Source: Alkanindiges sp. WGS2144
Lineage (GTDB): Bacteria > Pseudomonadota > Gammaproteobacteria > Pseudomonadales > Moraxellaceae
DNA: 32,000 nucleotides
NCBI RefSeq assembly: GCF_043950625.1
Contig: NZ_CP171007.1
Strand: one strand, 5' to 3'
Shown here: positions 9,997 to 19,060 of the stretch, piece by piece
How the letters are laid out: every line of letters begins with the position of its first letter
Numbering within the stretch: position 1 is the first letter of the stretch
The notes under the pieces: model-generated
The model's database searches: none
What the model saw: the letters and a program-made list of their open reading frames with translations, nothing else
Told to the model about the DNA's origin: nothing
Program-made: the position numbers and the translations under genes

Positions 9997-11340
9997 TTGA
10001 AATACCAAACCGTAAATGATTTTTTAAACGCGGTCAGCAGTCGTGATCAGGGTCAGCCTGAATTCATGCAGGCCGTAGAAGAGGTAATGATCAGTTTATG
10101 GCCTTTTCTTCAGGAAAATCCTTCTTATGCTGAGCAGGGTTTACTTGAGCGCCTGGTAGAACCAGAACGAGTAATTCAATTTCGCGTATCTTGGGTTGAC
10201 GACAATAATAATGTTCAGGTAAACCGGGCCTGGCGCGTCCAGTTTAATTCGGCAATTGGCCCATTCAAGGGCGGCATGCGCTTTCACCCATCGGTTAATC
10301 TATCCATTTTAAAATTCCTTGGCTTTGAGCAAACCTTTAAAAATGCCCTGACTACCCTACCAATGGGTGGCGGTAAAGGTGGTTCGGACTTTGACCCTAA
10401 AGGCAAGAGCGAAGGCGAGATTATGCGTTTTTGCCAGGCCCTGATGCTGGAGTTGTACCGTCACCTGGGGTCAAACACTGATATCCCTGCTGGTGATATT
10501 GGTGTAGGTGGACGTGAAGTAGGCTATATGGCCGGCATGATGAAAAAGCTGAGCAATGACACTTCTTGTGTATTTACCGGTAAAGGCCTGACCTTTGGCG
10601 GTAGTTTAATGCGCCCGGAAGCGACTGGTTATGGCTGTGTGTACTTTGCCGAGCAAATGTTGCATACCCGTAGTATGGACTTTAATCGCAAGACAGTCTC
10701 TATTTCTGGTTCGGGTAATGTGGCACAGTATGCCGCTGAAAAAGCCATTGAGCTAGGCGCCAAAGTAGTGACTCTGTCGGATTCAGAAGGCACCTTATAC
10801 GTTAAGGACGGCTTTACTGAGGAGACGCTGGCACTAATCAAGCAGCACAAGAATGTAAAACGTGGCCGCTTGTCTGAGCTGGCTGATCAACCTGATTTTG
10901 AGTTTAAGCCAGGCGTTCGCCCCTGGGGTGTTGCAGTGGATATTGCGTTGCCCTGTGCGACCCAGAATGAATTGAATCAGCAGGATGCAGAAATCCTGGT
11001 GAAAAACGGCGTAATTTGCGTGGCAGAAGGCGCCAATATGCCATGTACGCTAGAAGCAGTCGATTGTTTCCTGGCTGCCAAGACCCTATATGCACCGGGC
11101 AAAGCCAGTAATGCGGGTGGAGTAGCGACTTCTGGTCTGGAAATGTCACAAAATGCCTTGCGCCTGAACTGGACACATGGCGAAATTGATACACGTTTGC
11201 ATGCCATTATGAAGCAAATCCATTACTCCTGTGTGCATTATGGCAAAATGGAAGATGGCACCATTAACTATGTTAAGGGCGCTAATATTGCCGGGTTTGT
11301 TAAGGTGGCAGATGCGATGTTGTCACAGGGTGTTTATTGA
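9997..11340 (+). CDS. gdhA: NADP-specific glutamate dehydrogenase
   Basis: Near-colinear with E. coli GdhA (VIQFRVSWVDDNNNVQVNRAWRVQFNSAIGPFKGGMRFHPSVNLSILKFLGFEQTFKNALTTLPMGGGKGGSDFDPKGKSEGE...). Start set at in-frame TTG 9997 with GGAGA 8 nt upstream, giving 447 aa like E. coli. The track ORF from 9928 is an upstream extension. Confidence 0.95.
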   Translation: MKYQTVNDFLNAVSSRDQGQPEFMQAVEEVMISLWPFLQENPSYAEQGLLERLVEPERVIQFRVSWVDDNNNVQVNRAWRVQFNSAIGPFKGGMRFHPSVNLSILKFLGFEQTFKNALTTLPMGGGKGGSDFDPKGKSEGEIMRFCQALMLELYRHLGSNTDIPAGDIGVGGREVGYMAGMMKKLSNDTSCVFTGKGLTFGGSLMRPEATGYGCVYFAEQMLHTRSMDFNRKTVSISGSGNVAQYAAEKAIELGAKVVTLSDSEGTLYVKDGFTEETLALIKQHKNVKRGRLSELADQPDFEFKPGVRPWGVAVDIALPCATQNELNQQDAEILVKNGVICVAEGANMPCTLEAVDCFLAAKTLYAPGKASNAGGVATSGLEMSQNALRLNWTHGEIDTRLHAIMKQIHYSCVHYGKMEDGTINYVKGANIAGFVKVADAMLSQGVY

Positions 11341-11370
11341 TTTTGTGATTTAAAGCAAAATTCTTTTATT

Positions 11371-11407
11371 AAAAAAGGTGTTGCATTGATTATGCAACAC
11401 CTTTTTT
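11371..11407. terminator. Bidirectional rho-independent terminator between gdhA and the META lipoprotein gene
   Basis: A-run 11371-11376, perfect 10-bp stem GGTGTTGCAT (11377-11386) / ATGCAACACC (11392-11401), 5-nt loop, T-run 11402-11407. Confidence 0.85.
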
Positions 11408-11448
11408 ATTGGGCTTATTCAACAAGCCGCTATTACTGTATGCCGGAT

Positions 11449-12261
11449 TTACTTGATAATTTCCTGTTCAATCACAGTATCCAGTATATAAGCTACATTG
11501 GAGGCATCAGCTGGTGGATTTTTAACCGCGTACTTCTTCACTCTTAAAATAACCCGATGCTCGTTATTATGCTCGTAGCCTTCAATGGGGTCATAGAAGT
11601 TTTGCCATTGTGTATCGGTACTAGTTTTTACCCCTTGTTCATTGTATTGCACTTCTCTAACTTGCAGGCATTGCATCTGGTGTGTTCCTGCACTACAAGT
11701 CTTGGTTTGTGGCGCTACTTCCAGAAAAATTGTTTGTGCCTGGGTACCATATTTGGTTTCAGGAGTAGCAACGCCTTTAAATACCAGCTTATCCTGTTTG
11801 GGGCTAATTAAAGTGAGTGTGGGTTGCTCGGTGCTGCCGGCAATATGGAGTATAGGTTTGCTGGTCAACAGATCAACCAGCGTTTTTTCCATTTTTTCGA
11901 TGTCTGCCGGGCAGCCCATCATGGTTGCTATAATAGGCTGTTTAACGATTAACTGGTTACCTTGTAGCTCGGTATTGAGCCCGCGGATATTACAAAACAG
12001 GTTTTTAATTGCTATACGGTTTTGTTCAAAATTAAGTGTGATGGGCTTGTTCGGTTCCGGCGCCTTAAATAGCGCATCAATACGCTGGCCGCTAGCATTA
12101 GTGGCGCTTGTCAATTGCCAGGAATAGGCATGGAGCTGCTGCTGGTTCAAGGTTGATTGGGGTGCAGTGCTACTGGTATCCGAAACTGGAGCACGTGTAG
12201 GCGTCGACTGTGAGCAGGCTACAATGCTTAAGCTTAATGCCAGAACAAGATATTTTTTCAT
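11449..12261 (-). CDS. Lipoprotein with META (HslJ-like) and DUF4377-like domains
   Basis: Start trimmed to MKKYLVLALSLSIVAC (lipobox). META-like block SWQLTS...ITLNFEQNRI...CN...TMMGC. The C-terminal half, with C-x-G-x4-CLQVRE...WQNFYDPIEGYEH, resembles DUF4377 from memory. Confidence 0.7.
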   Translation of the reverse strand: MKKYLVLALSLSIVACSQSTPTRAPVSDTSSTAPQSTLNQQQLHAYSWQLTSATNASGQRIDALFKAPEPNKPITLNFEQNRIAIKNLFCNIRGLNTELQGNQLIVKQPIIATMMGCPADIEKMEKTLVDLLTSKPILHIAGSTEQPTLTLISPKQDKLVFKGVATPETKYGTQAQTIFLEVAPQTKTCSAGTHQMQCLQVREVQYNEQGVKTSTDTQWQNFYDPIEGYEHNNEHRVILRVKKYAVKNPPADASNVAYILDTVIEQEIIK

Positions 12262-12350
12262 AAAACATTTCAAGATCAATTTACCAGCGCTAATTATAGA
12301 AAAGGCTAGCCTTCATAATTATAGGGTTTTGGTTAGTAAAATGTTGCTTA

Positions 12351-13127
12351 TTAATCAAAACGATATAAATCCATGCCTAGTGCACCCAGGCTAAAGCTTG
12401 AATGTATCAGGCTAAAGCGCGATCCGGTACCCATAGCAAAAAATAGGGGTGCCAGATGTTCCAGGGTGGGGTGGTTACGATGTACAAAAGGAGCCTGCGG
12501 CCAGTTGAGAACGGCTGCAAAGTTATCATTGCTTAATTGATGTACCACCCAGTTGCGAAATGCTGTAGCCCATTCCGGTGGATCAACAGATTCTTCAGAC
12601 CATGATAATTCAGCCAGGTTGTGTGTAATGCTGCCAGAACCAATGAGTAAAATTTGTTCTGTACGCAGAGGCGCCAATGCCTGACCAATCTGAAAAAGTT
12701 GCAGGGCATTACGTCCAGTCGGCAATGAGATTTGCACCACAGGTATATCTGCTTCTGGATACAGGTGTAACAAGGGCATCCATACGCCATGGTCACGTGG
12801 TCGTAGGCTGTTGGCATGTGCTTCAATCCCTGCTTGCTGGAGCATATCAAGCATACGTTCAGCCAGCTGAATGCTGCCAGGTGCAGGATAGTGAATCTGG
12901 TACAGCTCCCGTGGAAAACCGGAAAAGTCATGCCAGGTTTCAGGACGATTATGGCTACTGATTTCCAGAGCTTGACTTTCCCAGTGCGCTGACATCACCA
13001 CAATTGCATTTGGCCTGGGCAGATTGATTGAGAGCCGGTGCAAGGCAGGGCCAATTTGTTCAGGCTCAATAGCCAGCATGGGCGAACCATGCGAAATAAA
13101 CAAACCCGGCAAAGTAGAGATGCTCAT
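12351..13127 (-). CDS. ygiD: 4,5-DOPA dioxygenase extradiol-like (class III extradiol dioxygenase, YgiD family)
   Basis: LPGLFISHGSPM...LPRPNAIVVMSAHWE...WHDFSGFP..LYQIHYPAPGS...DHGVWMPL...PVVQISL...GSGSITHNL follows E. coli YgiD. Start ambiguous: ATG 13127 is chosen by homolog alignment, with alternatives at 13142 and 13172. Confidence 0.8.
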   Translation of the reverse strand: MSISTLPGLFISHGSPMLAIEPEQIGPALHRLSINLPRPNAIVVMSAHWESQALEISSHNRPETWHDFSGFPRELYQIHYPAPGSIQLAERMLDMLQQAGIEAHANSLRPRDHGVWMPLLHLYPEADIPVVQISLPTGRNALQLFQIGQALAPLRTEQILLIGSGSITHNLAELSWSEESVDPPEWATAFRNWVVHQLSNDNFAAVLNWPQAPFVHRNHPTLEHLAPLFFAMGTGSRFSLIHSSFSLGALGMDLYRFD

Positions 13128-13264
13128 CGTATTCCCAATCATCCTTTGACGTTTGTTTAAATACTGCGACAATTAAGCCCAGATTTAAACCTATATCACC
13201 GCAACAGATTGTTGTAAAACACGCAACAGTTTATGGTGTTGTTGTGAGAATGGTTAAGATTTGA

Positions 13265-13744
13265 TCAGGCTCGATGGTATGGATGGTTGTTAATTACCGT
13301 CATGGCTCTGTACAGCTGTTCAATCAGTAAAATTCTAACCAGTGGGTGTGGCAGGGTTAGATCGGACAACGACCAGTGCCAGGCTGCTTTTTGTCGTACT
13401 TCGTCTGATAGTCCATCTGGGCCGCCAATCGCCAGCGCGATATCCTGACTGTTCTGCATCCAAGCCTCAAGCGTGCCCGCTAGTTTTTCTGTCGTCAGGC
13501 TACGGCCACCAACTTCCAGCGCAATAAGTTGTTCCTGCGGTTTTAAGGCGTTTAAAATACTAATGCCTTCCTGCTGGCAGTATTTGTAGATATCGCTGTC
13601 CGAATCATTTTTACCCCGTTTGGCCATGGGCAGTTCGATGAGCTGGGTTTGGACAAAAGGCTGGATCCGTTTAAAGTAATCGTCAAAACCAGTCTGTACC
13701 CAGGTTGGCATTTTTTGCCCGATCGTCAAAATACGAATTTTCAT
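13265..13744 (-). CDS. rlmH: 23S rRNA (pseudouridine1915-N3)-methyltransferase RlmH
   Basis: MKIRILTIGQKMPTWVQTGFDDYFKRI... with C-terminal SPOUT motifs (GGPDGL..., LSLSDLTLPHPLVRILLIEQLYRA). Confidence 0.9.
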   Translation of the reverse strand: MKIRILTIGQKMPTWVQTGFDDYFKRIQPFVQTQLIELPMAKRGKNDSDSDIYKYCQQEGISILNALKPQEQLIALEVGGRSLTTEKLAGTLEAWMQNSQDIALAIGGPDGLSDEVRQKAAWHWSLSDLTLPHPLVRILLIEQLYRAMTVINNHPYHRA

Positions 13745-13793
13745 AAAAAGACAGTAAAAATAGCGATGTTAACACAGCCCAGAAACCGGACAT

Positions 13794-13828
13794 AAAAAAA
13801 GGCAGTCCAAAAGGGGAGTTGGACTGCC
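13794..13828 (-). terminator. Rho-independent terminator of lon
   Basis: 9-bp stem GGCAGTCCA (13801-13809) / TGGACTGCC (13820-13828). On the minus strand it is followed by a 7-nt U-run (plus-strand A-run 13794-13800). Confidence 0.75.
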
Positions 13829-13882
13829 AACCAAGCCCACCTGCCTGGAGATCACAGATGGGCGACCGATAACTGGAGGCTA

Positions 13883-16312
13883 TCAGTGACGTGCCGCCTT
13901 GTCGCTCTCAACAGCTGGAGAAACAAGAGGTGCTTTTGCCAAAGGTTCTGGCATATGGACCAGTGCCGCAGGCAAAACATCATCAATGGTTTTTACTGCC
14001 CGAATTTCCAGGCCTTCCTTTACGTTGTCCGGAATGTCGGCCAGGTCACGAACGTTTTCCTCAGGAATTAATACCAGCTTAATGCCACCACGATGGGCTG
14101 CCAGCAGTTTTTCCTTGAGGCCACCGATGCGTAATGCACGACCTCGAAGTGTAATTTCACCTGTCATTGCCACATCAGCCCGGATAGGAATACCGGTAAA
14201 CGCTGAAACCAGCGCTGTGGTTAATGCCAGACCAGCTGAAGGGCCGTCTTTTGGTGTTGCACCTTCAGGCATGTGCACGTGCACGTCGGTTTCACCAAAA
14301 CGTTCGTGCGGTATGCCAAGCTGATCACCACGGGTGCGTACTACGGTCATGGCTGCCTTGATAGACTCCTGCATCACATCACCCAGAGAACCAGTGGCTG
14401 TGTAAGACCCTTTGCCCTTTACTGCGGCCGCTTCAATGGTTAACAGTTCACCACCGACGGAAGTCCATGCCAGACCGGTTACCCGGCCAATTTGTGCATC
14501 GTCTTCAGCCCGACCATAGTCAAACTTGTAGACTCCAGAATAATCGCTCAAATTATTTACATTGATATCAATATGTATGTTTTTTGAACGACTGGTTACT
14601 GCTTCTTTGACTACCTTACGGCATATCTTGGAAATTTCACGTTCCAGATTACGCACACCAGCTTCACGGGTATAACGACGTACCAGATCACGTACGGCAT
14701 CTTCTTCAATACTCAGCTCTTTTTCCTTAAGGCCATTGGCTTTAATGGCTTTGGGAATCAGGTAGCGCTCGGCAATGTTGACCTTCTCATCTTCGGTATA
14801 ACCGGGCAGACGAATCACTTCCATACGATCCAGCAGAGGTGCAGGAATATCCATACTGTTGGCAGTACAGATAAACATCACTTCAGACAAATCCAGATCC
14901 ATATCTAGATAATGGTCATTAAACTTGTGGTTTTGCGATGGATCAAGCACTTCAAGCAGGGCAGAAGCAGGGTCACCACGGTAGTCCTGCGCCATCTTGT
15001 CGATTTCATCCAGCAGGAATAGTGGATTTTTAACGCCTACCTTAGCCAGATGCTGCACAATTTTGCCGGGCATGGCGCCAATGTAGGTGCGGCGGTGACC
15101 GCGAATTTCAGCTTCATCGCGCACGCCACCTAGCGCCATGCGTACAAACTCACGGCCAGTTGCTTTGGCAATGGATTCGCCCAAACTGGTTTTACCCACG
15201 CCGGGAGGGCCAACCAGACACAATACCGGGCCTTTTAATTGCTTAACGCGCGACTGGACTGCCAGAAATTCAACAATGCGTTCTTTGACTTCTTCAAGAC
15301 CATAATGGTCAGCGTCCAGAATCTGCTGGGCTTTATCCAGCTTAATGCTGACCTTGCTGGCTTTGTTCCACGGTGTATTTAAAATCCAGTCAAGATAGTT
15401 ACGTACTACCGCAGCCTCAGACGACGCAGCCTGCATGGATTTTAATTTGCGGAACTCGCTTTCAGCCTTTTTGCGTACATCTTCGGGCAGATCCGCTTCT
15501 TCCAGACGCTTTTCAATTTCCGCCAGATCATCATCACCACCGCCGTTCATGTCGGACAGTTCGCGCTGGATTACTTTCATTTTTTCATTTAAAAAGTATT
15601 CACGCTGGTTTTTTTCCATCTGGCGTTTCACATTTTCATGCAAGTTCTGCTCAATTTGCTGCTCTTCAGATTGCTGGAGCAGATAATCGTTAAGCTCTTT
15701 GACATGCGCTGAAATATCAGCTTCTTCCAGAAATTTCTGCTTGACTTCAATGGCCAGGGGTGCACGAGTAGCAATAAAATAAACCAGCTCCAACAGATCT
15801 TCAATTTTGCCAGCAGCAGCGCTTAGCTCGCGTGAATTGCGCAGTTTGGCTTCAGCATATTGACCAAACAGGTTTTGCAGGTTAAGGCGAGCTTCTTTTT
15901 GCTGATCGGCACTCAAATTAATGGGTACAGGTTCAGCAATGGTTTCGGCACGCATGTAGTCATCCAGCTCAATGATTTTATCGAGCCGTGCACGATACAG
16001 GCCTTCAATCAGCACCTTAATGCAGTTGTCATCATTTTCATGGTTAACGACTTGCACAATGCGGCACACTGTACCGTACTGATACAGGTTATCGTTGTCG
16101 ATATCTTCGGCCAGTGAATCTTTTTGTGCTACCACAAACACCAGGTTATCGCTTTCACGTGCAATTTCCACCGCTTGAATGGATTTCGGTCTACCCACAA
16201 ACAAGGCGATCTGCATGTGTGGATAAACCACCACATCACGTAGCGCCAGTAATGGCAAGCTGCCCTCTACTGGGAGTATGGGGCTTTGATTATGAATTGT
16301 TGTCTCGGACAT
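13883..16312 (-). CDS. lon: ATP-dependent Lon protease
   Basis: Colinear with E. coli Lon: LPLLALRDVVVYPHM, Walker A GPPGVGKTS, DEIDK, and the catalytic serine context PKDGPSAG with K in the LKEKLLAAHRGGIK region. Start set at ATG 16312 (AGGAG 6 nt upstream) rather than 16348. Confidence 0.95.
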   Translation of the reverse strand: MSETTIHNQSPILPVEGSLPLLALRDVVVYPHMQIALFVGRPKSIQAVEIARESDNLVFVVAQKDSLAEDIDNDNLYQYGTVCRIVQVVNHENDDNCIKVLIEGLYRARLDKIIELDDYMRAETIAEPVPINLSADQQKEARLNLQNLFGQYAEAKLRNSRELSAAAGKIEDLLELVYFIATRAPLAIEVKQKFLEEADISAHVKELNDYLLQQSEEQQIEQNLHENVKRQMEKNQREYFLNEKMKVIQRELSDMNGGGDDDLAEIEKRLEEADLPEDVRKKAESEFRKLKSMQAASSEAAVVRNYLDWILNTPWNKASKVSIKLDKAQQILDADHYGLEEVKERIVEFLAVQSRVKQLKGPVLCLVGPPGVGKTSLGESIAKATGREFVRMALGGVRDEAEIRGHRRTYIGAMPGKIVQHLAKVGVKNPLFLLDEIDKMAQDYRGDPASALLEVLDPSQNHKFNDHYLDMDLDLSEVMFICTANSMDIPAPLLDRMEVIRLPGYTEDEKVNIAERYLIPKAIKANGLKEKELSIEEDAVRDLVRRYTREAGVRNLEREISKICRKVVKEAVTSRSKNIHIDINVNNLSDYSGVYKFDYGRAEDDAQIGRVTGLAWTSVGGELLTIEAAAVKGKGSYTATGSLGDVMQESIKAAMTVVRTRGDQLGIPHERFGETDVHVHMPEGATPKDGPSAGLALTTALVSAFTGIPIRADVAMTGEITLRGRALRIGGLKEKLLAAHRGGIKLVLIPEENVRDLADIPDNVKEGLEIRAVKTIDDVLPAALVHMPEPLAKAPLVSPAVESDKAARH

Positions 16313-16546
16313 AGGGCACTCCTGATGAGTGACAAATGATTTTGTCATGCTTCATTAGTGATGTGTTTTGCAAAAAAAACAAGTGCTAAAGCTGAAAAAC
16401 AATGGAAATATGCACATATTTTAACGAGTTAATAGCCTAAGCCATTATTATTTAAAATCTTTAAGCAAAGAATAAATTACGCAAGCATACAAAAAAGTGG
16501 ATTTAATTGATTATTTTAAACACAAAGGATTAAGCAGGTTAACGGG

Positions 16547-16720
16547 TTAGAAATTTTTGAAAATCATAAACGCCATAACCAGCAGTAGGCAAAGTAGAGT
16601 CCATATTAAAAACGGGTGTGCCCAGTCGGCAAGATCTGTAGTTTCACACTGGTTGCAGACCCGGGTACCAAGTGCCAGTTTATGACCACAGTTAGGGCAT
16701 TTTTTAAAGATGAGAAACAT
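16547..16720 (-). CDS. Small zinc-ribbon protein with C-terminal transmembrane helix (hypothetical)
   Basis: CPNCG...CNQC four-Cys ribbon followed by the hydrophobic helix FLIWTLLCLLLVMAFMIF. ATG at 16720 is preferred over GTG at 16747. Only a distant GAGG upstream, so coding status is unproven. Confidence 0.45.
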   Translation of the reverse strand: MFLIFKKCPNCGHKLALGTRVCNQCETTDLADWAHPFLIWTLLCLLLVMAFMIFKNF

Positions 16721-16847
16721 GCTAAAACCTGACCTCTGTATTAACACCTCATTTCATTAGTAGCAGATGTAACAAATAATTAAATACAGCAAACGTTGCG
16801 ATTTGGTTTATTCAGGTAAATCCATCTAAGAACTATCGCAAAGACCT

Positions 16848-16896
16848 AAAAAACCTGTGCTCACAGATACCCGGCACTGGCTAAACCAGCGCCGGG
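16848..16896 (-). terminator. Candidate terminator of the phage-like operon (downstream of erf)
   Basis: GC-rich hairpin CCCGGCACTGG (16870-16880) / CCAGCGCCGGG (16886-16896) with one mismatch and a 5-nt loop. On the minus strand it is followed by a short second stem (CTGTG/CACAG) and GTTTTTT. The U-run is not directly adjacent to the strong stem. Confidence 0.35.
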
Positions 16897-16921
16897 ACGA
16901 GGGGAAAGTCAATAAGGCAGT

Positions 16922-17581
16922 CTAGCTGGCCTTATGCGTCAGTGTTTCATGACGTGACTTGAGCGCAGTTTTAATTTCGCCAATATCGATATCACTATAC
17001 TGATGCGTTGCTACATAATCGCGAATAGCCATGAGGTCATTTACATTGGCTGCCTTTTGAATATCGGCCAAAATATTGGGCAAGGTCTTGGTTGATTCAT
17101 TGGCCTGAACATTTTGCTTGACTGGTTTCTGGCTGGGCTTCCTATGAGGAGCCGGGGCGTGAATGGTTGCATCCGGGTCATTATCGCCTTCGGTAGGTAT
17201 TGCAAAGGTCTGGAAGCAGGCGTACTTGTAGGCAATGGACATGGCTTTGTTAGTGGCCTTATCGCCGGAATCCATGGCCTCACCATAGGTACAGGCGGTA
17301 TGCTTGCTGCCATCCTCAGCACAAACAAAGTCAAACTCCATTTTTACCACCACAAAATACAGGGTCTTTGGCCCACTTTGGCGTTGGGATTCGTGGCGCT
17401 CCATACAACGCGGAATAATGACCAGGCCATGCTCTGATAATAGGGGACTCAAGGTATTGTAGACATCATCAATACCGCGAAACGCATAGCCAGCACCAAA
17501 ACCAGAGGCCATCCTGTCTTTGGAGATACCTTCTTTGGAAAGTGCCCGCTGTACTGCATTAATTGCTTGATAGACTTTCAT
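16922..17581 (-). CDS. erf: ERF-family single-strand annealing recombinase (phage)
   Basis: AYAFRGIDDVYNTLSPLLSEHGL...GEAMDSGDKATNKAMSIAYKYACFQTFAIPTEGDNDPD matches the conserved ERF core as in phage P22 Erf (YKYRS..DIL, KGMD...SYARKY.L.GLFGID). Variable C-terminal tail. Confidence 0.85.
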   Translation of the reverse strand: MKVYQAINAVQRALSKEGISKDRMASGFGAGYAFRGIDDVYNTLSPLLSEHGLVIIPRCMERHESQRQSGPKTLYFVVVKMEFDFVCAEDGSKHTACTYGEAMDSGDKATNKAMSIAYKYACFQTFAIPTEGDNDPDATIHAPAPHRKPSQKPVKQNVQANESTKTLPNILADIQKAANVNDLMAIRDYVATHQYSDIDIGEIKTALKSRHETLTHKAS

Positions 17582-17774
17582 TTTCTTTAACCTTCAAAAC
17601 TGTAATCTGGTTATCGGGCTGGTGGTTTGCCAGCCGGGTCACGGCTTAGCCATAGAGGGGCGACTCTGGCTGTTACTCTAGGGTTGTATATGAGGTCAGG
17701 CAGGCATGCTTGCAAACAAGTGGCGTCACAGATTGACGTCCTATAATTCGTTGTAACACATGCCAAATTAGAAA

Positions 17775-18392
17775 TTAAGCCGCCATATCCAGCATACGGT
17801 TAATGGCATTTTCTGCATCTGTCTCGTTTTCAAAATGACGTGACAGCACAAAGCGCCAGCATACTCCAAAAGCGGCTTTGTAAAACTCATTAAATTCAGC
17901 CTGACTCATTTTGCCAAAGCTAATTGACCGGGCTTCTTTTTCAATCGAACCATCAGGCAGGCGCACCACATCAAAATAGCCGCATTCAATTTTAATCCAG
18001 CGGTGGATTTCCGCCGTACTGGCTGGAACCGGATTAATCAGCTTGGCTGCCCGTCGGTTGCTGATGGTTTGCAGGTAGTCACGCTGCAATGCCTGACTTT
18101 GTTCTGGGCTAAGTGCAATACCCTTACTTTGCAAATAATTGCAAAATGAAGCGGCTGTTCTGGCTTCTGCCGGGTGAACCAGACCGTTTTGCGGCTCCCA
18201 GTAATCTTTAACCAGCCCAATCAGGCCACCAAAATACAGGCGATGATGCTGTAAACTGCGATCTGGCTGGCGTCGGGATTCGGTTTTAATGGCCTGGCCG
18301 ATCTTGTAGGTTTGCCGCATGATCTGATAGTCATGCTCGGTGGCAGGCACCAGCGCACGGCCATTGCAAACCATCATCATGTCAGTACTCAT
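17775..18392 (-). CDS. DUF1367-like phage protein (function unknown)
   Basis: Pattern ALVPAT...Y.I......R..Q.HRLYFGGLIGLVKDYWEP ... DGSIEKEARSISFGKMSQAEFNEFYKAA resembles my memory of lambdoid-phage DUF1367 proteins. SD GAGGA lies 7 nt upstream of the ATG. The family call needs hmmscan confirmation. Confidence 0.55.
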   Translation of the reverse strand: MSTDMMMVCNGRALVPATEHDYQIMRQTYKIGQAIKTESRRQPDRSLQHHRLYFGGLIGLVKDYWEPQNGLVHPAEARTAASFCNYLQSKGIALSPEQSQALQRDYLQTISNRRAAKLINPVPASTAEIHRWIKIECGYFDVVRLPDGSIEKEARSISFGKMSQAEFNEFYKAAFGVCWRFVLSRHFENETDAENAINRMLDMAA

Positions 18393-18403
18393 GGGTTATT
18401 CCT

Positions 18404-19060
18404 CTAGCTTGATTCTTTAGATGGCGTATCATGAAACTGCATACCCTGAATAATAGGCAGCCATAGGCGGGCAAATGCTGCCAGATCATGCGCCACGTCT
18501 TTGACATCATCATGCATGCCCGCATAAGCGTATTGATCCAGCTTATGGTAATCCTTGATAAAAACCGGATAATGGTCCAGAAGGTTGGGTACTTCGGGCA
18601 AGCCGCTATGTTCAAAAACCTGATAGGTAAAGTGAGGCTTGTCGCGCATTGCCAGATAGGCACGCCACTGCATACTATCCATGTAGCGATCATGGTCAAA
18701 ACGATAAGTCAGCTTATGGTCAATCACCTTGAGGGGGGTTTCAGCATCAATTTTACCCACCAGGATCAAGTCATCAAAAATAGACCATTCATACTTTTGC
18801 TCGCGTAAACTGCCCAGCTCAATAGTACCGCTCAAGTCTTTGGGTAAAATAAACTCATAACCATTTTTGCGCTGCACAGTATCCAGCGCATCTGCACTTT
18901 CCAGCATACGGTGAAAAGCGGTGCCTACTCGCATGGCTGGGCTGGGCTTTTTTTTGGCAAACAGCTCATAGGCTAACTGTTCACTACTTATGTCCTCATT
19001 AGCCATGCCATAGACATAAGTATCCAGCATGGTCACCGATAGCCGAAGCGGCTCGCTCAT
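18404..19060 (-). CDS. RecB-family PD-(D/E)XK nuclease (phage exonuclease-like, no Cys cluster)
   Basis: Motifs appear in order: acidic E (REQKYEW), GKIDA, IDHK (D-x-K) and QWRAY (QxxxY). The start ATG overlaps the upstream stop (ATGA), with GAGGAGG 4 nt upstream. Confidence 0.75.
   Translation of the reverse strand: MSEPLRLSVTMLDTYVYGMANEDISSEQLAYELFAKKKPSPAMRVGTAFHRMLESADALDTVQRKNGYEFILPKDLSGTIELGSLREQKYEWSIFDDLILVGKIDAETPLKVIDHKLTYRFDHDRYMDSMQWRAYLAMRDKPHFTYQVFEHSGLPEVPNLLDHYPVFIKDYHKLDQYAYAGMHDDVKDVAHDLAAFARLWLPIIQGMQFHDTPSKESS

Noticed and set aside
13190-13245. Short direct repeat CGCAACAG (twice) with small CAACA/TGTTG hairpins between rlmH and ygiD.
   Set aside because: The repeats are very short and there are only two copies. 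They are compatible with an ordinary promoter or terminator region, so no specific claim can be supported.
16218-16226. Perfect DnaA-box consensus TGTGGATAA.
   Set aside because: It is a single isolated 9-mer inside the lon coding sequence. It has no cluster, AT-rich unwinding element or neighbouring replication genes.
16349-16420. Possible sigma32 heat-shock promoter upstream of lon (minus strand CTTGTTT...ACACAT).
   Set aside because: It matches only about 4 of 7 and 4 of 6 positions of the CTTGAAA / CCCCAT consensus, and the spacer of roughly 10 nt is shorter than the expected 13-15 nt.
16350-16921. Search for an att-type direct repeat of the tRNA-Leu 3' end (TGGTCCCGGGGGTCGGACTCGAACC) at the far side of the island.
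   Set aside because: No match longer than chance 7-9-mers was visible by eye (for example TAAATACA or ATACAATCG). I therefore do not claim island boundaries or an att site; a computational repeat search is needed.
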